Assembly (NCBI GenBank): GCA_965209155.1
Contig: OZ242383.1
Coordinates: forward strand, 1,888,001-1,952,000
Length of the DNA stretch: 64,000 nt
Origin: a bacterium
GTDB lineage: Bacteria > SAR324 > NAC60-12
Reading direction: 5' to 3'
Both the position numbers and the translations under genes were made by a program. The stretch's first letter is position 1, and each line of letters starts with the position of its first letter. Below the pieces are notes generated by a model. The model made no database searches. It worked only from the letters and a program-made list of their open reading frames with translations, and was not told the DNA's origin. Shown in pieces: positions 40,131-49,563 of this stretch.

Positions 40131-40285
40131 ACTATTCAGGAATCTTTAAAGAGAATCCTTCAATTTTAGCACAGATTTTGCGCAGTTCGTCGTGTTTTTC
40201 CTGGATTTGGATTTCGATAGGTTTGTTCAGGAATCCCTCCTATGCCCGAGTGATGAATAGATTGTAGTCAAGGGGAGCGACCACT

Positions 40286-41617
40286 TCAGGTCACCGAGTT
40301 AATCGCCTCGTGGAGGATCTCCAGGATTTTGTCCACTTCCTCTTCGCTGATGATCAGCGGTGGAGCGAACATGATAATGTCGCCTTTGACCCGTGTGAAA
40401 AGTCCCCGTTCGATACAGGCGTGGCGAACTTGATCACCGATTCCTGCGGGCGTTTTCGACTCGTGGTCAGCAACGAATTCAATTGCGGCCATGAGACCCA
40501 GGCCGCGAACATCTCCTACACACGGGAACTCGCTAAACGCCTGCAACCCGGAAAGTAAACGTTTGCCCATTTTATCGGCGTTTTCGACCAGCCCGCCACG
40601 TTTCAAAATCTCCAGGTTCTTGAGGGCCACTGCGCAGCAGGTAGGATGCCCTGAATAAGTGTACGCATGCATCCAGGTCTCCCGGGGTTCGGCGCTGAGG
40701 ATGGTCTCACAGACCTGATCGGAGACCTGGATGCCCCCTAATGGTAGATAGCCGCTGGTAATCCCTTTGGCGAATGACAGGATATCGGGTTGAACGTCCC
40801 ACCTTCGCAGCGCGAACCAATCTCCTGTGCGTCCAAATCCGGTGATGACTTCATCGGCTATAAAAAGGACTTCATACTCATCGCAGATTGCTCGCACTCG
40901 GGGAAAATAATCATCAGGCGGCACAATGAGTCCCCCTGCCCCTTGAACCGGCTCCGCAATGAATGCCGCTACCGTATCTGGACCTTCACGGACGATGGCC
41001 TCCTCCAACGCGCGCGCAGCCGCTAATCCGATCGTTTCGTCTTTTCTCACCTCCCCTTCAAAACGATAGGGATTAGGCGCGGGAACGTGGAGGAAGTTGG
41101 GAACTCGCGGTTCAAACATCGTCCAGTAAGGCGCAATCCCCGTCGCGCTCATCGCCGCTAAAGTGACTCCATGATAGGCGTCTTGCCGTGCGATGACCTT
41201 GACCTTGTTCGGTTTGCCTTTTCGCTTCCAATAGTATCGTGCGGTCTTGAAGGCACTCTCATTCGCCTCGGCGCCTCCGGAGGTAAAAAAGGTCCTGTTC
41301 AGCTGAGGATAGGCAAAGCCTGCGAGTTTATGGCTCAATTCTATAACAGGCAGATTAGCCGAACCAACGTAATTGGAGCAGTAAGCAATTTGGCTCATCT
41401 GCGCGCGGGCGGCATCCGCGAGTTCGATATTGCCGTGTCCGATAAGGACATTCCATAACCCTGCCAGTCCATCGATGTATTCTTTCCCGTCCACCGTCTG
41501 TAACCAAATCCCATGCCCCGATTCGATAATGAGCGGGTTGTCGTGGGCAGCCGGATGGTGAAGGGGGTGGAGTAAGTGTTGTTGGTCTTGCTTGAGCAAA
41601 GCTGTTTTTTGAGTCAT
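40286..41617 (-). CDS. Class III PLP aminotransferase (omega-amine/polyamine:pyruvate type)
   Basis: GLWNV, AYHG, FIAEPVQG, ADEVITGFGRTG, AKGITSGY. Confidence 0.92.
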   Translation of the reverse strand: MTQKTALLKQDQQHLLHPLHHPAAHDNPLIIESGHGIWLQTVDGKEYIDGLAGLWNVLIGHGNIELADAARAQMSQIAYCSNYVGSANLPVIELSHKLAGFAYPQLNRTFFTSGGAEANESAFKTARYYWKRKGKPNKVKVIARQDAYHGVTLAAMSATGIAPYWTMFEPRVPNFLHVPAPNPYRFEGEVRKDETIGLAAARALEEAIVREGPDTVAAFIAEPVQGAGGLIVPPDDYFPRVRAICDEYEVLFIADEVITGFGRTGDWFALRRWDVQPDILSFAKGITSGYLPLGGIQVSDQVCETILSAEPRETWMHAYTYSGHPTCCAVALKNLEILKRGGLVENADKMGKRLLSGLQAFSEFPCVGDVRGLGLMAAIEFVADHESKTPAGIGDQVRHACIERGLFTRVKGDIIMFAPPLIISEEEVDKILEILHEAINSVT

Positions 41618-41972
41618 TATATTCTCCAGTAAATCTTATCTTCGCAGATCATGGTTATCCTTCAGGTGAAGGGATTATACTCCTTTTTTTAATAGATCAA
41701 CTTATCATTGCAACCGAGAAATTGAAAGATGCCAATGGTTTGAACATGAATCTTCATGGCTGAACAGGGTGGAACGCTTTTTTGCAAAGATTAGCGATGA
41801 ACGTAGAGGTTAAAAAACGTGTCATTCCGGGGTGCAATGCTTGTCGATGCCACCATGGTAGAAATCTTTGACGAAATCCTCGACATCACAATTGAGATAG
41901 CATATTCATTCCAGGTGGGTTAATCTAAGGGCTGCACTGATTTATCGCTTTAAAATCAATTACCGAATAAAT

Positions 41973-43292
41973 ATGACAAACCATAGTTATGAAATGCCTT
42001 GTAATTTTGAAGACCAGATTGTTTTAGATCCGATTCGTACGATATCGGGTAAAGTTGTTCTACCGGGTTCAAAAAGTATTTCCAATCGTATACTAGTGCT
42101 CGCTATGCTGGCCGAGGGAAGGTCTCACGCGCAAAATCTTCCGAACAGTGAAGATGTACGCCTGATGGTGGAGGCTTTGCGCACCCTGCAGGTTCCAATC
42201 CAGGAAAACCTGCAGTCTCGAGCAATGAAGATTACCGGGTGTGGAGGAACGATCCCCGTGGAGGGGGCTGAACTATTTTTGGGTAATTCCGGAACCACTA
42301 TGCGCTCATTAACCGCCGCTTTAGCCATTGGTCAAGGACGTTTTGTCTTGGATGGCGTGGCCCGCATGCGGGAAAGGCCGATCATTGATTTAGTGCATGG
42401 CTTGCAGCAATTGGGAGTTCGCATTTGCTGTCTGAAGGGAACGAATTGTCCTCCAGTCGAGATCCACGCGTCTGGGATTCCAGGAGGGAGCGCCCATGTG
42501 AGTGGAGCGATCAGCAGCCAATATCTTTCCGCCCTCCTTATGGCAGCGCCCTATGCGCGCAATGACGTGAAAATCATCATCAAAGACCGCTTGGTTTCCC
42601 AACCTTACGTGCAAATGACTTTAAATCTGATGACTCAATTTGGTGTCGATGTTAAAAATTTCCGCAATCGGCAATTCCATATCAGGGGAAGGCAATCCTA
42701 TCAATCTCCGGGCACGATTTACGTGGAAGGCGATGCCTCTTCCGCTTCCTATTTTTTAGCGGGAGCCGCCATCACGGGAAGTAAAATAACCGTCGAGGGT
42801 TGTGGTTCCAATAGCATTCAAGGCGATGTCCAGTTCGCCGCAATTCTGCAACAGATGGGGGCCAGGGTCACCTGGCATCCGAATGCCATTACCCTGCAAG
42901 GTTTCAAGTTGAGTGGTATCGACGTGGATATGAACGAAATGCCGGACGTTGCCATGACCTTGGCCGTGGTGGCGCTTTTTGCGGAAGGTTCGACGGCGAT
43001 TCGTAATATCTACAATTGGCGTGTCAAAGAAACGGAAAGGATCAAAGCGGTGAGCAGCGAATTGCGAAAATTGGGTGCACAAGTGGAAGAAGGCGAGGAT
43101 TATATTCTAATCACACCACCTGTAGCGTTACAATCGGCAGTGATTGATACCTATGACGACCATCGTATGGCCATGGCCTTTTCCCTCGCTGCTTGTGGTC
43201 CGGTTCCCGTGACCATCAACAACCCACAATGCGTCGCCAAAACTTTTCCTGATTACTTCGATCTTCTATTCACCCTGGTCGATCGACAATAG
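41973..43292 (+). CDS. aroA: EPSP synthase
   Basis: [43 protein letters not shown]. Confidence 0.97.
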   Translation: MTNHSYEMPCNFEDQIVLDPIRTISGKVVLPGSKSISNRILVLAMLAEGRSHAQNLPNSEDVRLMVEALRTLQVPIQENLQSRAMKITGCGGTIPVEGAELFLGNSGTTMRSLTAALAIGQGRFVLDGVARMRERPIIDLVHGLQQLGVRICCLKGTNCPPVEIHASGIPGGSAHVSGAISSQYLSALLMAAPYARNDVKIIIKDRLVSQPYVQMTLNLMTQFGVDVKNFRNRQFHIRGRQSYQSPGTIYVEGDASSASYFLAGAAITGSKITVEGCGSNSIQGDVQFAAILQQMGARVTWHPNAITLQGFKLSGIDVDMNEMPDVAMTLAVVALFAEGSTAIRNIYNWRVKETERIKAVSSELRKLGAQVEEGEDYILITPPVALQSAVIDTYDDHRMAMAFSLAACGPVPVTINNPQCVAKTFPDYFDLLFTLVDRQ

Positions 43293-43569
43293 CATGCCGT
43301 TTGAAGCTTCCCGATATAAAGGTTTCTTTTTATCGGGTACCGTGGTATCATTTTCCATGGCCAGGGGTTGGATCAGTCCATGTAAAAAATTTTGCGCTAC
43401 CCACTGAAATATAATACTATTTTCCCACTGTGGATAGTTTTTTTGTTGCATTAGCAAGCATTCTCAGGCCGACGCCATTCCAATTTTTCAGCGAATCGCT
43501 TTCACTTTCAATTCCCAAAAAACGATTCGAAATTTAATTACCCGGTATTCTATAATCCAGAATAGTTAC

Positions 43570-44559
43570 ATGACTGAAACGTATGAACCTCCGCTGAGTG
43601 GACTGAAAAAATTAGGCCAGCAGCTTAAACAAGCACGCAAAGTGAAAAACCTTTCTCTGGAGAGTGTAGCGGAAATTACGCGTATCCATATTGGTGTCTT
43701 GAAAAACATTGAAGAAGGTCAAATCGGAGAACATCCAGGGCCTGTGTTTTTGAAAGGATTTCTCAGAAGTTACGGAGAATTGGTTGACATGGACAGTAAG
43801 TCCTTGCAGAAAGAACTTGATACGATTCCGGAACTGAACGAAGAGGTAATCTTGAAGGGAACTTCTATTCTTCCTATCGAAAACGAACCGACATTCTGGC
43901 AGGGACAAAAAATCTTGTTGCTGTTTTTGATCGTCGTTGGTCTGGGAGGAGGTTTCTTCCTATACAATTATTACAATGAAAATGCGGGACAGCCTCCAAA
44001 CGAATGGCAAACAGATGAAAGGCAAACATTGGATATCCCCACTCAAAATGATTTGTCAGACATATTCCAGGAAGAACCTCCTTCGATTGCAGACGAGCAA
44101 AGCAGCGTGCCGGAACAAATTCCTTCATCTCCCCCCGAGATTCAAGAAGAAGCGGAACAATTTAGTGAAACTGTGCCACTTCCCCCCTCGTTCTTTGAAA
44201 CAGTCCCTGTTACTGACTTTGAGCAGGAATTTTTTACAGAGAACGTAATCGAGGATGCAGAACCTGCGCCTCCCCAAGCTGAGCTCCTGGTCTTGTTGAT
44301 AAAAACATCACTCTCAACGTGGATCAACGTCAGGATTGATGAAGAGGAACCACTCGATATTTCGTTGCAGTCAGGAGAAGACTACACCTTGGAAGCAAAA
44401 GAACGTTATATATTAACGATTGGAAACACCAAAGGTTTGGAATTGTTCTTGAACGGTCATCCCCAACACATTGACGACCAAAATGAATTGCTCGTGAATT
44501 GGACACTGGACAAATCGACAATCTTATATTCCGAATTAGCGGATCCCACTCTCCAGTGA
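43570..44559 (+). CDS. RodZ-like protein (HTH + TM + DUF4115)
   Basis: N-terminal HTH (LKGFLRSY), one TM segment, acidic/Pro linker, IGNTKG..LNG. Confidence 0.8.
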   Translation: MTETYEPPLSGLKKLGQQLKQARKVKNLSLESVAEITRIHIGVLKNIEEGQIGEHPGPVFLKGFLRSYGELVDMDSKSLQKELDTIPELNEEVILKGTSILPIENEPTFWQGQKILLLFLIVVGLGGGFFLYNYYNENAGQPPNEWQTDERQTLDIPTQNDLSDIFQEEPPSIADEQSSVPEQIPSSPPEIQEEAEQFSETVPLPPSFFETVPVTDFEQEFFTENVIEDAEPAPPQAELLVLLIKTSLSTWINVRIDEEEPLDISLQSGEDYTLEAKERYILTIGNTKGLELFLNGHPQHIDDQNELLVNWTLDKSTILYSELADPTLQ

Positions 44560-44595
44560 TTAAATTTCGTCTGACTTTCAAACTGTATCGTTTCG

Positions 44596-44865
44596 ATGAC
44601 GATCTTCGTAATTTTGCTTTTAACTGCAGTAACAATTCTGGTCATTGCATATCCATTATTTTTTCAAAATATCGTCCACTATCTTTCTGAAGAAGACACT
44701 TCATCAGATTTTAATGAACAGAACGCTTTGTTGTCCGCACTCTCAGACCTGGAAGAAGAATATCAACTTGGTCGACTATCAGAACCCGACTACGAGCGGC
44801 TCAAATTGCATTTTCAAAGACGTTATCTCAAGTATAAAACGACCGATCTGTCGAAAAAACCGTAA
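44596..44865 (+). CDS. Small membrane protein (CcmI N-terminus-like)
   Basis: TM helix, then LSDLEEEYQLGRLSEPDY. Confidence 0.55.
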   Translation: MTIFVILLLTAVTILVIAYPLFFQNIVHYLSEEDTSSDFNEQNALLSALSDLEEEYQLGRLSEPDYERLKLHFQRRYLKYKTTDLSKKP

Positions 44866-44882
44866 AATGATTCGCTCAGTTT

Positions 44883-45710
44883 TTGGAAGTGATCACCCCC
44901 TTTGACACTAAATCCTTAATCATCGGCCAGTCTTTTACTGAAAGAAACGCCCAGGAAGGATCTTATCTCATTCAATTGCCCGAGGGACTGTTCGCCTTCA
45001 CATCTTTTCGTGGAATCGGATATAAGAAATGGAATGAGGACCGCATCGTCATTTTGCCCCAAATCCCCTTGTTTTGCGTTATTGACGGATTGGGAGGTCC
45101 CGGAGATGGAGAGAGGGCTGCGGAAATATTTACGCAGGAGTTGGCTGAAATACAGAAACCGGATCTCGAAATTCTTTCAAATGCGCAGAAAAAAACATCC
45201 GTCCGTATAAAATCTGAATGCCATGCCTCGGATTGTGGTGTTTGCTATGCGCTGTTCTGGATCGAAGAAACTTTTTTAAAAGTTTGTTATATTGGAGACG
45301 TGAAGTTTGTTTTGTTGAATCAGGAATATCAGATCAAATGGGAATCCCGGGATCACTCCGTGATCAATGATTTGATAGAGCAAGGAATTATTTCCAAAGA
45401 AGAAGCTCTTGCGCATTCCCAGCGCCATATCGTTACAAAAGCACTGACAGGCGATGAAACACCGCCACTCGAAATACAAAAAATCCCCTTTGTTTCCGGA
45501 GACCGCGTGATTATTGCCAGTGATGGACTATGGGATAATTTTATGATTGATGAAGTAATTGGAATGCTTGACGACCCCCATCCCCAAGTACAGGTGAATC
45601 TCCTGATGCAGAAATCGCTATTGAAAATGCAACAAATTCATTCAATGACGTGGGAGGGGCGTTTGGTGCCAAAAGCTGACAATATCAGCATTTTGATCGG
45701 AAGATTTTAA
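44883..45710 (+). CDS. PP2C-family phosphatase
   Basis: NED, IDGLGG, IGD, DHS, ASDGLWD, DNIS. Confidence 0.88.
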   Translation: MEVITPFDTKSLIIGQSFTERNAQEGSYLIQLPEGLFAFTSFRGIGYKKWNEDRIVILPQIPLFCVIDGLGGPGDGERAAEIFTQELAEIQKPDLEILSNAQKKTSVRIKSECHASDCGVCYALFWIEETFLKVCYIGDVKFVLLNQEYQIKWESRDHSVINDLIEQGIISKEEALAHSQRHIVTKALTGDETPPLEIQKIPFVSGDRVIIASDGLWDNFMIDEVIGMLDDPHPQVQVNLLMQKSLLKMQQIHSMTWEGRLVPKADNISILIGRF

Positions 45711-45755
45711 TCACGATAAAAATTCTACTCAACTCGACCGTCCCTATTTAATTCG

Positions 45756-46309
45756 TCTCATTAAACCACCAGCTCTGCTGGTGCGAACCTAATAGGCTTT
45801 GCCGGTCAGACATGAGAAACGTATCCGTGTCCGTGAGCCGTGCTCGTGCTCGTGAACGGTCAGTGAATTCGACGGCACATTTTGGTTAACATAGAAACAA
45901 TGCGATGAAGTAACTGTTTCCCTTCGTCAAATAAAGGAGGCTGGATGATCTTCAACACGTTTAAAACATCGAGAATAGCAGCGCATTCCATTGCGGAACC
46001 TCGGGCAAATGCATAGAATCGTTGCTTGTCAGGAAAGGAATTTTTTCCACAGCCTTCTGCGATATTGAGAGGAATCGACCATGAGGCCCTTTTCAGTTGG
46101 TCCACTAAGGCTGAGTATCCTTTTGGCAATGTTTCGATGACTTGGACAGGTAACGCTAAAAATTCGATGGAACATTGGTATACATCGAGTTTTTCATGAT
46201 CTAACATGGCAGCCTTTTTCGTTCACGAGCACGTCTTACGATGACGAACACGTTTTGCCCTCATACTGGGGGCCTCTTCAAGCCACCGGCTCTGCCGGTG
46301 GTGATGACT
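45756..46309 (-). mobile_element. Transposase-less cassette, copy 2 (inverted)
   Basis: Near-identical to 39378-39937; one GTGCTC unit shorter. Confidence 0.8.
45860..46207 (-). CDS. Four-helix-bundle protein, copy 2
   Basis: 5 amino-acid differences from 39486-39833. Confidence 0.9.
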   Translation of the reverse strand: MLDHEKLDVYQCSIEFLALPVQVIETLPKGYSALVDQLKRASWSIPLNIAEGCGKNSFPDKQRFYAFARGSAMECAAILDVLNVLKIIQPPLFDEGKQLLHRIVSMLTKMCRRIH

Positions 46310-46347
46310 CGTCTTCCTGAAGTAAAAATGGAGAAGATTCTGATTTT

Positions 46348-47154
46348 TCACTCGGCTTGAAATGATTCCATGCCTTCAGGAGGATGGAAAACGAGTTCTG
46401 GAAAAGGCGTTCTTCCCGAAACGACGTTGTTCATCACCAGGCGAAGTTGATTACCATTCAGCGCATTTAAAATTTGAATGGTTTTGGGAAAGTTTTTTCC
46501 TGAAAACTCCTCATATCGAGCAATTGTGACTTCATACTCTTTAATCCCCTCCACTTCCTTGAACATTTGTCGCATCAGAGTATTGGATCCCAAATGGATA
46601 AAAAATTCTGCTCCTTCGCCAGTTAATTTGAAATTTCTCGAGGACAATATCTCTCCGTCCAGCAATGAGAAATCTTTCTGTCGCATCCGTCCCCAGGTGA
46701 CCCAACTTAATTCTCTCAAGGTAATATCCACTCCCAACCAACGCCGGCGGACCGGGGAAGTATTCTGGCCTGAAAAATATTTCCCTTTTCGAAAATCCAA
46801 GATCATAAATTGACTGGGATTGGCCCGGATTTCATACAATAAGGTTCCTACGAGAGGTGTGAATATTTGCAATCGCAATTCGAGATTGTTTGACAGGCTG
46901 AATTCTAACTCCCCTGTATAACTACGCTGCGAAATTGTCAGTAAAATACGTCCTGCGGCCTCATAATTATCCAAAGTTTCTGGAAGAAAAAAAAATTGTG
47001 ATCCGGGTTGAGGAGGGGTTAGAGTACCGCATCCGGAAGCCCAGATTGTGGAAAGGATTGATACCATTAAAAGGCGAGGCAAGCATTTTGTCCAGAGCGA
47101 CTTTTTACTTTTACGATCCCTCTTTGTCATCTTGCATAAAGATAATTTCCGCAA
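46348..47154 (-). CDS. Probable lipoprotein, LolB/DUF4292-like; true start likely downstream
   Basis: Lipobox-like ASGC; LQIFTPLVG; FPKTI. Confidence 0.55.
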   Translation of the reverse strand: MRKLSLCKMTKRDRKSKKSLWTKCLPRLLMVSILSTIWASGCGTLTPPQPGSQFFFLPETLDNYEAAGRILLTISQRSYTGELEFSLSNNLELRLQIFTPLVGTLLYEIRANPSQFMILDFRKGKYFSGQNTSPVRRRWLGVDITLRELSWVTWGRMRQKDFSLLDGEILSSRNFKLTGEGAEFFIHLGSNTLMRQMFKEVEGIKEYEVTIARYEEFSGKNFPKTIQILNALNGNQLRLVMNNVVSGRTPFPELVFHPPEGMESFQAE

Positions 47155-47591
47155 CGAAAAAAATTGCGAAGTATATTCCTGAAATCACGAAAAACGTCAC
47201 CAGAGTATTCATTTCATGCATAATTCTCCCCATTCTTTTTAAAAACTCAAACATATTCCCGTCTTAGCTGCTGAAATTGCCAACATTCGCCTGCTTTCCC
47301 CTCGATCCGTTCAGGAGAATGCCAATCTCATTGGATCAGAAAAAGATCGACATCTCAATCACCGGAGTATAAAACACAATTTCAACTTTTTAAACTCAAT
47401 TCCCATAAAACGTTCATAACAAGAGAAAAGAGATTGATTTCACTTCAGAAAAAAGTCAATATTCAGAATAATCCTGTTCGACCGGGATCTCCCCGAATTC
47501 CAACACACATCCTGGGTCAAACGTAAATTTTGAAATATCGACTTGTCTTATTCATACTTTTTCGATGACTTCCATAACATAAAAGAGAAAC

Positions 47592-48764
47592 ATGAAGAGG
47601 AGACTGAATTCATATCGTTTTTTGATATTATTTTTGCTAACCATTTTTTGTTTTTCCAGCAGCACTGCCTACTCGAATAATCTGCTACTCGTTAATACCG
47701 ATCCCAAGCTTTACAAAGCCGCTCTTTTGATGGAGCCCACAACCGGGATGATTCTATTCGAAGACCGTTCAAGAAAACCGAACATACCAGCGTCCTTAGT
47801 AAAAATGATGGTCTCTTTGATCGTGATGGAACATTTGGCGAAAGGAAAAATCAGTTTGGAAGACAAAGTGACCGTTACGCGATGGGCCAGTAAAATCGGG
47901 GGACACCAGGTCTATTTAAAAGAAAACGAAGTTTTTGAATTGTACGAATTGATGAAAGCGGTGGTCATCGGGTCTGCAAACGATGCAGCGGTTGCAGTGG
48001 CAGAATATATTGGAGGAGATCAGGACGGATTTGTCGAAATGATGAATCAACGTGCGGAGGAATTGAAAATGAAAGACACCATTTATTACAATCCCCACGG
48101 ACTTCCTCCCGGAAAAGGACAAAAGGAGAATGTGACAACGGCTTATGACCAGGCATTGCTAGCCAGAGAGTTATTGAAATATCCCCAATATTTGAAATGG
48201 TCTTCCACCATCTTCGACTCCTTCCGTAATGGAACCTTTGAATTGTTGAATACAAACAGAACCTTGCTCAAACAAGTGCCTGAGCTCGATGGTATGAAAA
48301 CGGGTTTCTACCAAAAGGCGGGCTTCAGCGTGGTTGCTACTGCGAAAAAGAATAATACTCGATTGATTGCAGTGGTAATGGGTACAAAAAATAAAGCAGA
48401 CCGCACTCGTCTCGCTGCACGGTTGTTGAAGAAAGGATTCAGTCAGTTCGGGTTGACCAAAGTCTTGGAGAAAGGGGACAAGTTGGGGAAACCGCTCATG
48501 GTGAAAAATGGGTTGATCGAAAGCGTGGAGTTGTTGGTTGAAAAAGATGTCGAATTATTTCTGAGCCATAAAGATGCCAAACAGGTTAAACATCTTTTTT
48601 CACTCCCTCCCTTTCTCACTGCGCCCGTTCAAGCGGGAACCATAGTTGGAACGGTTGAATTGCAAGTCAATGATCAATTTCTCACAAAAGTGAATTTACT
48701 GTCAGCCCGCTCGATTGCCGCCAAAACGCTTTGGCAGAGAATCAAGGATTTCTTTAAATTTTGA
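47592..48764 (+). CDS. D-Ala-D-Ala carboxypeptidase (PBP5/6, DacA-like)
   Basis: ASLVK, SAN, KTG motifs. Confidence 0.92.
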   Translation: MKRRLNSYRFLILFLLTIFCFSSSTAYSNNLLLVNTDPKLYKAALLMEPTTGMILFEDRSRKPNIPASLVKMMVSLIVMEHLAKGKISLEDKVTVTRWASKIGGHQVYLKENEVFELYELMKAVVIGSANDAAVAVAEYIGGDQDGFVEMMNQRAEELKMKDTIYYNPHGLPPGKGQKENVTTAYDQALLARELLKYPQYLKWSSTIFDSFRNGTFELLNTNRTLLKQVPELDGMKTGFYQKAGFSVVATAKKNNTRLIAVVMGTKNKADRTRLAARLLKKGFSQFGLTKVLEKGDKLGKPLMVKNGLIESVELLVEKDVELFLSHKDAKQVKHLFSLPPFLTAPVQAGTIVGTVELQVNDQFLTKVNLLSARSIAAKTLWQRIKDFFKF

Positions 48765-49563
48765 GAGGGGATCGTATCGTATTAATTCGATTTCTCAATT
48801 GTTCCGCTGCCTTCTCGGAACTGAAGGCAAAGTCCTCTCCGGAATCCGCATAGAGAATGCTACGAGAGACACTTATCAAAAAAGGATAAGTCGTACCATC
48901 TTCCGCCGCGCAGACAGCCTTTTGTAATTCACCTCCTTGCGCACCAATTCCGAGAAGCAAAAATGGCATAGGTCCTGAAGTCTGTCTGACGCTGTGAATC
49001 AAGTCGACATGAGTCGCCCCTACAACCAGTCCACAATTTTTCCTGGTGTTCCATCGTTTCACACTTTCCGCAACCCGCAAATACAGTTGCTTTGGAATTT
49101 GAAAATCATGGGCACCCGGGTTGGATGTCAGGCAAAGGACAAAGGTCCCTTTCTCTTCATAGTCCAGGAATGGTGCCAGCGCATCATGCCCCTGATAAGG
49201 ATTGGCGGTCACAGCGTCACAACCATAAACCTCAAACACCGCTTTGGCATACATTCGGTCCGAGTTCCCGATATCGCCCCGCTTGGCATCACCAATCACG
49301 ACGATATCGGGTGGAATTGCCTCGATAACCTGCATAAGGATTTCCATCCCTTGGGGTCCCAGTGCTTCGAAAAAAGCAAAATTTGGCTTGTATGCCGCCA
49401 CTCGTTTCTCGGTTGCAGCGATTATTTGCAAGCAGAAAGATAGTACGGGATTTTTTTCCTGACGTAGAAAGGCAGGAATTTTTTCCCAAACCGGGTCAAG
49501 ACCGACACAGAGCAAACTATTTTTCTTTTCAATGCTCTGTTTCAATTTGGAGTAAAATCGCAT
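48754..49563 (-). CDS. pyrF: Orotidine-5'-phosphate decarboxylase
   Basis: LCVGLDP, KPNFAFFE, DAKRGDIGN, VVGAT, GIGAQGG. Confidence 0.95.
   Translation of the reverse strand: MRFYSKLKQSIEKKNSLLCVGLDPVWEKIPAFLRQEKNPVLSFCLQIIAATEKRVAAYKPNFAFFEALGPQGMEILMQVIEAIPPDIVVIGDAKRGDIGNSDRMYAKAVFEVYGCDAVTANPYQGHDALAPFLDYEEKGTFVLCLTSNPGAHDFQIPKQLYLRVAESVKRWNTRKNCGLVVGATHVDLIHSVRQTSGPMPFLLLGIGAQGGELQKAVCAAEDGTTYPFLISVSRSILYADSGEDFAFSSEKAAEQLRNRINTIRSPLKI

Noticed and set aside
39486..46207. Diversity-generating retroelement or 23S rRNA IVS, suggested by the Avd-like genes
   Set aside because: No reverse transcriptase, no TR/VR pair with adenine-biased mismatches, and no rRNA in the window.
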